Below the pieces are notes generated by a model. That model was given only the letters and a program-made list of their open reading frames with translations, searched no databases and had not been told where the DNA came from. Below are positions 36,293 to 46,122 of a DNA stretch of 64,000 nucleotides, piece by piece. A program made the position numbers and the translations under genes. Every line of letters starts with the position of its first letter. Position 1 is the first letter of the stretch. Origin of the DNA: Myxococcota bacterium (GTDB lineage: Bacteria > UBA10199 > JADFYH01); the NCBI GenBank assembly GCA_052034865.1, contig JBPOIC010000027.1, forward strand, positions 9,923 through 73,922. The letters are read 5' to 3'.

Positions 36293-37954
36293 ATGACACC
36301 TCCAAAACTCACCGAAGCCAAAAAAAAATGGGAAGAAACCACCCTCGCCAAAAACCTGGCAAAAGATCCGGAGCGCGCGAGGCGATTTGAAAATTCTTCT
36401 GGTATCGAAATCGATCGGATTTATCTCCCTTCCCATCCAGAAGAAGATTACCTGGAAAAACAGGGCTTCCCCGGACAGTTTCCTTTCACTCGCGGTGTTC
36501 AGCCTACGATGTATCGAGGACGATTCTGGACAATGCGTATGTATGCTGGTTTTGCGACGGCCGAAGAATCCAACCAGCGCTATCGCTATCTCATCGAGAA
36601 CGGCGGTACGGGTTTATCGGTCGCTTTCGATCTTCCCACCCAAATGGGTTATGATTCTGATTCTCCCCGCGCGCGCGGTGAGGTGGGAAAATCCGGCGTG
36701 GCCATCGATTCGCTTGAGGATATGGAGATTCTCTTCCAGGGAATTCCTTTAGATAAAGTTAGCACCTCAATGACGATCAACTCGACGGCCTCCATCCTTT
36801 TAGCCCTTTATATGGCTGTCGCCGAAAAACAGGGCGTGTCGTTCGACAAAATCAGCGGCACCATCCAAAACGATTTACTCAAAGAATACATCGCACGTGG
36901 CACTTACATTTATCCGCCCGAGGCCTCGATGCGCATCATCACCGACGTCTTTGCTTTCTGTAAGGATCAAGTTCCTAAGTGGAATACGATTTCCATCAGC
37001 GGCTATCATATTCGCGAAGCAGGCTCGACGGCCGTGCAGGAAGTCGCATTCACCCTCGCGAACGGACTGGCGTATGTGAAAGCGGCGGTCGAGCGAGGAT
37101 TAAAGGTGGACGAGTTTGCCTCGCGACTTTCCTTCTTTTTCAATTCCCACAATAACTTTCTGGAAGAGGTCGCCAAATTCCGTGCTGCACGAAGGTTGTG
37201 GGCGCGTCTCATGAAAGATCGATTTAAGGCGAGCGATCGCAGTTGCATGCTGCGCTTTCACACTCAAACCGGCGGTTCTACCCTTACGGCTCAACAGATC
37301 GACAATAATGTGGTGCGCGTGGCCTATCAGGCGATGTCGGCGGCTTTTGGCGGCACGCAAAGTCTGCACACCAATTCGCGGGATGAAGCCCTGGCCCTTC
37401 CTACCGAGACCTCTGCTACGCTGGCACTTCGCACTCAACAGGTACTCGCCTACGAGACAGGAATTGGCGATACGGTCGATCCGTTTGCGGGCTCGTATGT
37501 GGTTGAGGCCCTGACGGATGAAATCGAGCGCAAGGCTTTAGACTACATCGAAAAGATCGATGCCATGGGTGGTGCGGTGAAAGGAATCGAAGGGGGATTT
37601 CAGCAACGTGAAATTCAGGAAGCGGCCTATCAATATCAAAAGGCGATTGAAGAAGAAAAACTCTTTATTGTCGGCGTCAACAAATTCCAAATGAAAGAAG
37701 AACCCGTTAAAGATATCTTGCGGGTCAACCCCGAGATTGAAATCCGCCAATGTGAAAAGCTTAAAAAATTAAGAGAGCGACGTGACAATGCAAAGGTAGC
37801 TCAGGCCCGTGAGTCCCTCGCTCAGGCAGCCAAAGGAACCGATAACCTCATGCCGCACATTTTGAATGCCGTACGCTGCTATACGACCTTGGGTGAGATC
37901 AGCGACACCCTCCGCGAGGTGTTTGGGGTCTATCGCGAGAAAGTGGTAGTGTAA
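36293..37954 (+). CDS. methylmalonyl-CoA mutase-family large subunit, catalytic (substrate-binding) domain only
   Basis: [54 protein letters not shown]. Ends before any B12-binding domain. ATG at 36293 chosen because the TTG at 36254 sits in the upstream terminator. Confidence 0.88.
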   Translation: MTPPKLTEAKKKWEETTLAKNLAKDPERARRFENSSGIEIDRIYLPSHPEEDYLEKQGFPGQFPFTRGVQPTMYRGRFWTMRMYAGFATAEESNQRYRYLIENGGTGLSVAFDLPTQMGYDSDSPRARGEVGKSGVAIDSLEDMEILFQGIPLDKVSTSMTINSTASILLALYMAVAEKQGVSFDKISGTIQNDLLKEYIARGTYIYPPEASMRIITDVFAFCKDQVPKWNTISISGYHIREAGSTAVQEVAFTLANGLAYVKAAVERGLKVDEFASRLSFFFNSHNNFLEEVAKFRAARRLWARLMKDRFKASDRSCMLRFHTQTGGSTLTAQQIDNNVVRVAYQAMSAAFGGTQSLHTNSRDEALALPTETSATLALRTQQVLAYETGIGDTVDPFAGSYVVEALTDEIERKALDYIEKIDAMGGAVKGIEGGFQQREIQEAAYQYQKAIEEEKLFIVGVNKFQMKEEPVKDILRVNPEIEIRQCEKLKKLRERRDNAKVAQARESLAQAAKGTDNLMPHILNAVRCYTTLGEISDTLREVFGVYREKVVV

Positions 37955-37991
37955 GACAAAATTTTCTTCGAGCAGGGGACCTCTCTTTCCC

Positions 37992-38867
37992 TCATGAATA
38001 CATCCCATCTCCCCCATTTAAATGCAGAATCTGACCGGTCATGTAAGACGAGTCGATCTCTGAGGCCAAAAAAACATAGCTCGGTGCGATCTCGGCGGGT
38101 TGAGCGGGGCGCTGCATCGGCGTATGTTTTCCAAACTCAGGAAGGGTCTCGGGTGGAAAGCTTGAAGTAATGAGAGGAGTCCAGACAGGACCGGGTGCGA
38201 CTCCATTCACGCGAATGTGACGAGGAACCAGTTGTTTGGCGAGTGAGCGGGTGAGGTTGACCACCGCCGCCTTCGTGGTGGCGTAGTCGATGAGTTTGGG
38301 AGCTGGATCATAAGCCTGAATCGAGGTGGTATTAATGATCGCCCCTCCTTCATTCAAATGGTTAAGGGCCGCCTTGGCCATATGAAAATAACCGAACAGA
38401 TTGGTATGCAACGTGCGCTCCAGTTGCTCATCGTCGATCTCTTCGATTCCCTTCACGATGTGTTGCTCAGCGGCATTATTGACTAAAATGTCCAGGCGTC
38501 CAAACTGACGAAGCGTTTCATCTACCGCCCGTTTGGCAAAACTCTCATCCCCGACATCTCCTGCGATTTTAAGACAGCGTCGTCCTAGCTGCTGAACGCG
38601 CTCACAGGTTTTTTCGGCATCCTCTCCTTCATTCAGATACACAATCGCCACATCGGCTCCTTCCTTGGCGAACACATACGCGACGGCTCTGCCAATTCCG
38701 CTGTCTCCCCCCGTAATCAAGGCGACCTGGCCCTCGAGCTTATGACTTCCCAAGTAGCGTTCATCCTCATCGATGGGATGAGGGCGCATTTGATTTTCTA
38801 AGCCTGGGGGATTTTGATGTTGGGGAAAAATCTCGGCGCTTGTTTTCGAATTCTTTTCTTTTGGCAT
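37992..38867 (-). CDS. SDR family oxidoreductase (YghA / general-stress-protein-39-like)
   Basis: ALITGGDSGIGRAVA, NNAA, YATTKAA motifs. Confidence 0.85.
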   Translation of the reverse strand: MPKEKNSKTSAEIFPQHQNPPGLENQMRPHPIDEDERYLGSHKLEGQVALITGGDSGIGRAVAYVFAKEGADVAIVYLNEGEDAEKTCERVQQLGRRCLKIAGDVGDESFAKRAVDETLRQFGRLDILVNNAAEQHIVKGIEEIDDEQLERTLHTNLFGYFHMAKAALNHLNEGGAIINTTSIQAYDPAPKLIDYATTKAAVVNLTRSLAKQLVPRHIRVNGVAPGPVWTPLITSSFPPETLPEFGKHTPMQRPAQPAEIAPSYVFLASEIDSSYMTGQILHLNGGDGMYS

Positions 38868-39163
38868 AACTCACTCCTATTAAATCCAGCATAGGTTAAG
38901 AGGATGGAGGATGACAAAAATGGAACCGATAAAAAAAAAGGGTGGAAAGAGAAAGAAACTGAAGGATCTGTGAAGACGGAGGTTTGAGTGTTTTCAATCA
39001 CACTCTAGGCATTTCTTAAAAACGCGAGCATAAAAAAACAGAAGCCAGACAGATGCCGCGTCGAGCCAATATTTTGATGAAAAAATTTGCACATGCATAT
39101 CTTTTAACTTAGCCTCTCTTTCTCTCACCTCATAAAACACATAAAATTACAGGGAATTCGCTC

Positions 39164-39179
39164 TGGTACAGACTTTGCT
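39164..39179 (+). promoter_or_regulatory. sigma-54 promoter TGGTACAGACTTTGCT
   Basis: Canonical GG/GC spacing. Lies 42 nt upstream of the ATG at 39221. Confidence 0.65.
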
Positions 39180-39220
39180 TGTTTATTCGTTCAACATCAA
39201 CGAATTACATGGAGGTTTAA

Positions 39221-39844
39221 ATGTCAGTTAACCCATCACTTGTCTTTCAGCCCGATGTCATAAAGTCCGCTTTAAATCAAATCTGCGTAGCGGACTGCGA
39301 ATCCATCTTGGCTGATAAATGTCAGAAACAAGGGCTCGAACCGAACCGTCCTCAGACAGGGGATTATTGCAGGAATACCTGTGATTCTTTTGTGACCAAT
39401 GCTTTTAGTGGATTTGGACCAGAGAGTTTCAGGCCTTTTTCTTCCACCTATGGTTTACAGGAAACTGCCCAAAATTATTTTAATAGAGGCTGGGAAAAGG
39501 CAGTCCCTCATAACACAGCAGACTTTGATAGCTGCAAACCTCCTTCGGGTCCGGCAGGGAAAGAACCCAAGCTGGTATGTGATGGAGAACCCTCAGCAGC
39601 CAATGATGGAATTCCTCAAGCCGCCTTTGAGCCGATGGCTGAGGTCGCCTCGGTGGCCGTGGGAGTTGGGCTGGGAGCCATGGTATTTCTGGCAGCCAAG
39701 AGTGGCGCTATTACCGGAGCTGAGGTTGGAACTGCTGTAAACCCAGGAGGAGGAACGATCGGTGGCGCTTTAGTTGGTGCTGCGGCAGGTGCTCTTATCG
39801 GACTGGGCGCGTACTTTCTGAGCCGTTCTCCAGCTCAGAGTTAA
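39221..39844 (+). CDS. orphan protein: Cys-rich N-terminal domain plus C-terminal glycine-zipper membrane anchor
   Basis: GGAGG RBS. Seven Cys in the first ~120 aa. C-terminus AVGVGLGAMVFLAAKSGAITGAEVGTAVNPGGGTIGGALVGAAAGALIGLGAYFL. Confidence 0.7.
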   Translation: MSVNPSLVFQPDVIKSALNQICVADCESILADKCQKQGLEPNRPQTGDYCRNTCDSFVTNAFSGFGPESFRPFSSTYGLQETAQNYFNRGWEKAVPHNTADFDSCKPPSGPAGKEPKLVCDGEPSAANDGIPQAAFEPMAEVASVAVGVGLGAMVFLAAKSGAITGAEVGTAVNPGGGTIGGALVGAAAGALIGLGAYFLSRSPAQS

Positions 39845-39931
39845 AGTAAATACCCTTTGCCTGAGGAAATCTGCAGGACACAGCCCGGCACACTGTCACA
39901 ATGGTTTTAACTTTTTTCCCTTAAGTTTCAT

Positions 39932-39966
39932 CGTGGAGAAGCGTTCGTGTTTCTCCACGGTGTTTT
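39932..39966 (+). terminator. rho-independent terminator
   Basis: CGTGGAGAA-N10-TTCTCCACG followed by GTGTTTT. Confidence 0.75.
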
Positions 39967-40120
39967 CTAGGGGTAAAAATTCCAAAAGCTCTTCTTAGCT
40001 CTATAGGCTGATACCAAACCTCCCGCAAACATGCTCTCCTTAAGGCTTGGCGGAAAGAGTACCCGGCTCAAGCCAATGCAGGATTTTAAGAGGTTTTCTT
40101 ACCTTCCTGATTTTCAAACC

Positions 40121-42925
40121 TTAAAACCCAAACTCTGCCATCTCCAATCCATTTATTAAGTCCGCAATATAAATATTTCTGTATTTTTGTCCGACAGCAA
40201 CGCCGACGGTATCCCCATGCGTCGAGAGTTGGGTGATCAGGATGGGAGCTGTGGGATCGCTAATGTTATAGACCAACACACCCAATTTTCCGCTTGGGAT
40301 AAAAAGATAAAGATCATCCGATGAAAGGGCACCGGATCCCGTGCGCGGTCCATAAGGAAGCTGCACCGACGAGAGCCCGCTGATTTCTCCCCAGAATCCC
40401 AGTTGGCGATCCTGTAAGGCATAAATATTTATTGAGGCTGGAGTATAAGAATCGACAGAGGTTGCAGTGGGGCTCAGCAAAGGAGTCGACGAAAGATAGG
40501 AAACAATTACTTTTTTCTGATCATTTGAAAGGAGGATTCTATCCGCAATCCAATTGGGGTTGGCAGGAATTCGCGACAGGACATGATTTTTTTCAAGATC
40601 CAGCAGGACAACACCTTCGGCTCCCGCTGCAACAAGAGCTCGTTTTCCATTGGAGGTGATTTTTACATCACGAGCATCGGTAAGCGGAATGAGGGTTAGT
40701 TTTTGAGGAAGGTCTGATTTCAGCAAACTCGCCATATCAATTTCGGGTGCGGTCTTCAAAAGGACAACTCCCGATCCAACACCTACTCCCTTTGTTTTTC
40801 CGACAGCGACAGCAATGAGAAGGGTTGTCGTATCCACATAGGCATCAAGACCGAGAGCTCTCGATTCGTTTGGATCTTTAAATCCTCCAAACACCGAGGA
40901 TGAAAGATTGCCCTTGTAAGGCTTTGCCTCTGTTGAAAAATGGAACAGACCACCTTCGCGGGGAAAATATGAAGATGAAGCACTTTCTGATTCAGCTGAA
41001 AGAACTGAAAAGGGCTCGGAGACTTTTGAAGAATTTTGAGTTTCAGGATGAGGCTCTGGATCGGAGGGGGGCCCCTTTTCATTTAAAAGCGTAGCGAAGT
41101 GAAAGCGGGGATTCGTGGTTAGGGCAAAATCCGAAAGGTAAGAGGTGTTTCCCAAAACAAGGCTGCCCTTGGGTTCAAGATCAAATGCCCCGATTTCAAG
41201 CAAAGCGGGGACTAATGGATTTTGCTTACTTCCTAAATCGAGAAGAAAAAGAGAGTTTCCAGACGGAGCCATTTTGACCGCGGCAGGTGCCAGCGTGGAA
41301 TAACTCGTCTTGAAAGATTCAGCTCGAAAATGCCGTCCTCCCCCCACAGGACCGAGTTTTAAAACGCGCAGGGTAGAGGTGTCTGCCAGGCCAATAGTCA
41401 ACCCTGGCTCTGCAGGAGAGATCATCTTTTTGGCTTTTCCAGATTCGGGAAGAACTTCTCTTTCTGGAGGCAGACTTAAAAAATCGGTCAAAGCAATCAG
41501 GTTAAGATCTGCAGGAAGATCGAGCGGGATTTCGGTTTCGGTTTGGAGATCAAACAGGCGCAAGGAGAGATTTTTTCCCGCTTTGGTTCCGAGTAGAATT
41601 CGGAAATCCTGAGATTGCGCAAACAGCTTTTGAATGGATGGATCTGATTTTAGATGAAAACGACGCTCGTTGATTAAGCGCCCCCCCGTGCTCAGCTCAA
41701 AAACCCTAAGGCCAGAATCTCCTTTCTTAATTTCCTCCGGACTTTCTCCCAGCGAAATAATGAGAGCGGTTTTTCCATCCCTTTCAATTGCCTCCAGGCC
41801 TGTAATCCAGCCCCCGGCAGGAATTGATGCCAAAAGGACGTTCGTGGAAATATCAAAGGTATCAAGAGTATTGGCATCGGCCCGGAAAAGATATTTCCCG
41901 ATGAGAATGGATTGGAGAGGGGATTGGGGTCCTTTAAAATTTCCTCTCAACTGAAATTGAAGGGGATTGGAAAGAGACCAGAGTTGTACCGAATCTCGAG
42001 TGAGCGTGGTGGCCCACCGCTCATTTCCAGTCCCTCCCAAGCGTAAATTTTTTCCGGGAATCTCAGAAAGGGAAAGATTTTGTTGGGTAAGGTTTTTGGG
42101 GTCAGTCGCATCCAGGGCTATCCACTCACCCATTTCGGAGATCACGTAGAGGTAATTTTTCTCGGGTGTCGCAAGTCCGACAAGTTCGAGGATGGGGTGG
42201 TCGAGATCCATCTTGGCGATCAGATTCCAGCCTGGATCGTAAACTTCAATGGTTCTTCCTCGAGAGACGTAAATGGCATTGCCTGCTTTTTCGACCTGCC
42301 GCGTGATTCCGCCCAAATGATTTTTAAGCTCGAGGCGTGCAGGAAAGGCAGTCACTTTAAGACTCGATGAGGCCTGATAGCTTCCATCTGAAACCGAAAG
42401 TTTTAATGTAAAATGGGTAGATTCAGTCAGATCGAGAATTTTAAATGTGCCTTGCAGGATATTTCCCTGAACAATCTGAATTTTTTCCAGGGGACCTTCC
42501 GTGACATTCCATTGATAGATCAGGGATTTTCCAAGTGGTGAAATGGCTTGGGCATCTTCAATGGCAAAATAAGCCCCTTCAGCAACTTTTTTCTCAGCAC
42601 CGGCCGAAATCGAGAGGTTGGATCCTGCTTCAGGAAGGTTAAATCCAGGATCAGAAAAAGGAACATTTGCATCTGCCGGAGCTGGTAAATTCGGAAGTGT
42701 TGATGTGTCAGAAGCCAGTGGCGGAGGGGGTGGGGGTTGTAATGGAGGGGGAGGAGTAGGCGCCGAAACAGGTGAGGAAGGAGTTGTTGAAGAGGAGTTT
42801 GTAGAGCTTTTGGTTTCCTGTTTGGGCGGATTTTTGGAATCATCTTTCAAAAAACCGCAGCCTGACAGGGTAAGAGTCCATCCTAAAAATGCCACAATTA
42901 GGGCACGCGCAGGGTTTTTAAGCAT
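40121..42925 (-). CDS. large lipoprotein with Pro-rich linker, PKD/Ig-like domain and LVIVD-type beta-propeller repeats
   Basis: Lipobox LTLSGC. PPPPLQPPPPPP linker. YQWNVTEG...LKLSVSDGSYQASSSLKVT. C-terminal GKLGVLVYNISDPTAPILI...IYIADLINGLEMAEF. Confidence 0.8.
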   Translation of the reverse strand: MLKNPARALIVAFLGWTLTLSGCGFLKDDSKNPPKQETKSSTNSSSTTPSSPVSAPTPPPPLQPPPPPPLASDTSTLPNLPAPADANVPFSDPGFNLPEAGSNLSISAGAEKKVAEGAYFAIEDAQAISPLGKSLIYQWNVTEGPLEKIQIVQGNILQGTFKILDLTESTHFTLKLSVSDGSYQASSSLKVTAFPARLELKNHLGGITRQVEKAGNAIYVSRGRTIEVYDPGWNLIAKMDLDHPILELVGLATPEKNYLYVISEMGEWIALDATDPKNLTQQNLSLSEIPGKNLRLGGTGNERWATTLTRDSVQLWSLSNPLQFQLRGNFKGPQSPLQSILIGKYLFRADANTLDTFDISTNVLLASIPAGGWITGLEAIERDGKTALIISLGESPEEIKKGDSGLRVFELSTGGRLINERRFHLKSDPSIQKLFAQSQDFRILLGTKAGKNLSLRLFDLQTETEIPLDLPADLNLIALTDFLSLPPEREVLPESGKAKKMISPAEPGLTIGLADTSTLRVLKLGPVGGGRHFRAESFKTSYSTLAPAAVKMAPSGNSLFLLDLGSKQNPLVPALLEIGAFDLEPKGSLVLGNTSYLSDFALTTNPRFHFATLLNEKGPPSDPEPHPETQNSSKVSEPFSVLSAESESASSSYFPREGGLFHFSTEAKPYKGNLSSSVFGGFKDPNESRALGLDAYVDTTTLLIAVAVGKTKGVGVGSGVVLLKTAPEIDMASLLKSDLPQKLTLIPLTDARDVKITSNGKRALVAAGAEGVVLLDLEKNHVLSRIPANPNWIADRILLSNDQKKVIVSYLSSTPLLSPTATSVDSYTPASINIYALQDRQLGFWGEISGLSSVQLPYGPRTGSGALSSDDLYLFIPSGKLGVLVYNISDPTAPILITQLSTHGDTVGVAVGQKYRNIYIADLINGLEMAEFGF

Positions 42926-43181
42926 AATGTCAAAATTAAAATAGGTAGAAGAAAAAAGCCACCAAGTACTTCGCTCTTTTAATAAGCGGTAAAACCATTC
43001 ACGGTGAAGTCTATTAGGAAAGAGAACCTCTAGAAAAATTGAATAAATAGAGGTGCATGAAATTATATCAAAGCATTGTGAACATAAATGCGGGGGTGAT
43101 TTTGAGATTGCTGGAAGATATGGGATGATCTGGAAAAAGAATTCAGAAATTCCTACTGGAAGGAGTGCGAAAACAGCCCAG

Positions 43182-43502
43182 TTAATTTAACTGCTCTCGG
43201 AGAAGTTTTTTTAATGGGTCATTTTTATTTTGACTGAGCTTTTCAGGCGCTTCCTGTGGAAGCTCAGGGGATGAGGTGTAGGGCTTGAAATTTTTCAAAA
43301 CCATTAAAGGTTCATGTTTGGAAGGAAGGTGTAAAAAATCGTAGCGGGAAACCAGTGTTTTGGATTTGGTGTTTTTTGAAAGATAGATTCCACCGCAACT
43401 TAGAAGATGACCGGCCTGCGCAGCTTCTTCCATCACCTCATGAATATCTAGGATCTTGTGCGAGCCAATGGTTCCACAGTTTTTTTCTTTTTGGTTATTC
43501 AT
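43182..43502 (-). CDS. orphan hypothetical protein (106 aa)
   Basis: GGGAG RBS and a sigma-54 promoter directly upstream. No family recognised. Confidence 0.55.
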   Translation of the reverse strand: MNNQKEKNCGTIGSHKILDIHEVMEEAAQAGHLLSCGGIYLSKNTKSKTLVSRYDFLHLPSKHEPLMVLKNFKPYTSSPELPQEAPEKLSQNKNDPLKKLLREQLN

Positions 43503-43529
43503 TTCTCCCTCATTTCTGAATTCTTAAAT

Positions 43530-43545
43530 TGCAACTTTTATTCCA
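43530..43545 (-). promoter_or_regulatory. sigma-54 promoter TGGAATAAAAGTTGCA (minus strand)
   Basis: Canonical GG/GC spacing. The -12 element is about 28 nt upstream of the ATG at 43502. Confidence 0.55.
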
Positions 43546-43562
43546 CAAATTCTTTTTGGGAG

Positions 43563-43593
43563 TTTTTGAAATTTTTATTAATAATTTCAAAAA
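43563..43593. promoter_or_regulatory. inverted repeat TTTTTGAAATT-N9-AATTTCAAAAA (candidate activator/IHF site)
   Basis: Perfect 11-bp arms, 18-48 bp upstream of the -24 element at 43545. Confidence 0.4.
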
Positions 43594-43883
43594 TTTGTTT
43601 ATTTTTTATGAAAGAGTAAGAAGTGATGAGGTGTGGTCCGGAAACCTCAAAATCACTCTGTCAGGTCAACCTTTTGACGTGAAATGGGTGATTGGAGGCC
43701 TCAGTTGGACGTCTGCTAGTGGTCGATTTGAAGGATGAGTCTGTTTTCACACGCTCGGTTCGTGTTCTATTCGGGAGCGCTTGGTAGCTTTTGGTTTAAA
43801 AAATTGAGTAAAATAAGGATCAGCATTGGAGTGGAACTCTTGCTTTCACCTCAAACACTCATCTTCCTATTCAAGGATCCTTT

Positions 43884-44960
43884 ATGATCATCGGCCTTCC
43901 CAAAGAGATTAAAGCTCAGGAATACCGTGTCGCTCTCACCCCCAAGGCAGTTGGAAGTTTGGTTCGGGCGGGGCATAGCGTTTTAATGGAAAAAGGGGCT
44001 GGAAGAGGTTGTGGATTTCTGGACACCGAGTTTCAAAAAGAGGGGGCGCAGATTGTGACCACCGTCTCCAAAATCTGGAGTCAGGCCAATCTCGTGGTGA
44101 AGGTCAAAGAACCTCTTGAATCCGAATTTTCCTATTTCAGACCCGGATTAATCCTTTTTACCTATCTTCATCTGGCAAGTGCTCCTGCTCTTGCCAGAGC
44201 CCTGGTTCAAAAACAGATGACAGCCATTGGTTACGAAACCGTCCTGGATGCGTCTTTTCAGCTTCCTCTTCTAAAACCCATGAGTCGGATTGCTGGAAAG
44301 CTGGCGACGCTTTTGGGAGCGGATTTTTTACGAACCGATCGTGGAGTAAAGGGGATTTTGCTTTCGGATTTGGAAGGGACGCGTCCGGGTAGAGTAACGA
44401 TTTTAGGGGCGGGAAACGTTGGACGAGCAGCTCTCGAGGTGGCTCTTGGAATTGGGGCCGAAGTTACCCTCATTGATCAGATCCCTGAACGACTGGAGGA
44501 ATTTCAAAAAAATCCACGCTGTCAGCCTCTGATTTATCATCCTAAAAAACTCACCGAAATTCTTCAAACTACCGATTTGTTGATTGGCGCGGTTTCCATG
44601 CCTGGGGCTCGAACTCCGCGTCTAGTAACGAAAAAAATGGTGAGCACTATGGAACCTGGATCGGTTATAATTGATGTATCCGTCGATCAGGGAGCCTGTG
44701 TGGAATCCATTCATCCAACCACACATGCCCAGCCAATCTACACTTACAAAAAAATCCTGCATTACGGCGTTCCCAACATGCCCTCGCTCGTCAGTCATTC
44801 AGCCACCGAAGCCCTAAGTTATCAAACCCTTCCTTATGTTCTTAAGCTTGCCCAGGCAGGGCTGGATGCTTTCAAGGAGGATTCCGGATTTCTTCACGGG
44901 CTACAGATTCACAAGGGAAAAATTGTGCATGGACAGGTAGCCAAGGCATTAAAGCTCTAA
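43884..44960 (+). CDS. ald: alanine dehydrogenase
   Basis: MIIGLPKEIKAQEYRVALTP, VKVKEP, ILGAGNVGRAA. Confidence 0.85.
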   Translation: MIIGLPKEIKAQEYRVALTPKAVGSLVRAGHSVLMEKGAGRGCGFLDTEFQKEGAQIVTTVSKIWSQANLVVKVKEPLESEFSYFRPGLILFTYLHLASAPALARALVQKQMTAIGYETVLDASFQLPLLKPMSRIAGKLATLLGADFLRTDRGVKGILLSDLEGTRPGRVTILGAGNVGRAALEVALGIGAEVTLIDQIPERLEEFQKNPRCQPLIYHPKKLTEILQTTDLLIGAVSMPGARTPRLVTKKMVSTMEPGSVIIDVSVDQGACVESIHPTTHAQPIYTYKKILHYGVPNMPSLVSHSATEALSYQTLPYVLKLAQAGLDAFKEDSGFLHGLQIHKGKIVHGQVAKALKL

Positions 44961-45138
44961 CATTGCAGGATCCGAAACATCTCACTCAATAAATCCTGTT
45001 AAATTAGTAAATGCAGATACCCTGGTTCAAGGGGTTTTGGGATTTTGAATAGGTTTTTGATTAATCATTCAGGCGGGATGAAAAGATCTCCAAGAGTGCT
45101 TCTGGAAAACGTCGCGCAGCAACTTTCCAAACACAATC

Positions 45139-46122
45139 TTACACACAAAAATTCAAAAATTTGGGAAGGATTTCAAAAGTAGCGGGGATAGAGCCGAGTT
45201 GTTCTCCGTCCAGATTCAGCCAAACCGGATCGGTAGAGACCGGTTGAACCTGAATGCGCGTGGCTTTTAGACGAAGAGTGTTTTCCCCTTCAATGTTTAC
45301 GCCCCTATAAAGTTTGGGCAAAACCTGCAGAAAACCGAGCACCCCCAAACGCTTCACGATGAGCACATCAAAAAGCCCATCATCAATCTTTGCATGAGGG
45401 GCTATGCATAATTTGCATCCAAAATAACGTCCATTGGCAACAACTCCTATTGTCGTCTCATGGATGTGATAATTGGTTTCGGGGGTTTCCACAATGATCG
45501 CATGGGGTTTGAAGCGATAGAAACTTAGGATTTCCTGATAAAGATAGGTGATCCAGGCGCCAAAGGTTTTAGTGGAGCGGTTGACGTCATACATCACCTG
45601 CCCTCCCAATCCAAAATCCGCGACATTGATAAAGTAACGCGTCTCGGTCTTTTGATGATGATTCAAAAATTCAACCCGCCCAATGTCGATTTTTTGAACC
45701 TTCCGGGATTTTAAATGCTTGATCGCCTCACGTGAATCGGAGCTCCAGCCCAAGGTTCTTTTGAAATCATCCCCACTGCCTAGCGGAAAAACGCCCAGCA
45801 CCAACTCCGATTCAACCAGCGAAAGTGCAGACTTCTCTTTTTTTGCCGCTGATTTTAATTTGATCTCCTGAAGTGCTCCATTGACGACACCATTCAGAGT
45901 CCCATCTCCTCCCCCTGCAATGATCCAGCGAAACCCATTTTGAACCGCCAGGGCCGCTTGTCTTACGGTGTCATCAGAAGATTGAGTGTAGACGCATTCA
46001 AAATGAGGCCAGGTTTTTCGAATCTCCGGAAGAAGCTTTTCCCACCTCGCTTTTCCACGACCTCCACCAGAAACGGGATTGATGATGAAAAATGGGATGT
46101 TGGCTAAAGAAGGAGGTTTCAT
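45139..46122 (-). CDS. diacylglycerol-kinase-family lipid kinase (YegS/BmrU-like)
   Basis: IINPVSGGGRG, AGGGDGTLNGVVNG. 4-nt overlap with the upstream gene. Confidence 0.85.
   Translation of the reverse strand: MKPPSLANIPFFIINPVSGGGRGKARWEKLLPEIRKTWPHFECVYTQSSDDTVRQAALAVQNGFRWIIAGGGDGTLNGVVNGALQEIKLKSAAKKEKSALSLVESELVLGVFPLGSGDDFKRTLGWSSDSREAIKHLKSRKVQKIDIGRVEFLNHHQKTETRYFINVADFGLGGQVMYDVNRSTKTFGAWITYLYQEILSFYRFKPHAIIVETPETNYHIHETTIGVVANGRYFGCKLCIAPHAKIDDGLFDVLIVKRLGVLGFLQVLPKLYRGVNIEGENTLRLKATRIQVQPVSTDPVWLNLDGEQLGSIPATFEILPKFLNFCV

Noticed and set aside
39399-39740. 113-aa alternative-frame ORF inside 39221-39844
   Set aside because: It is on the same strand, is nested, and has no RBS. 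The outer frame has the RBS, promoter and a coherent domain layout.
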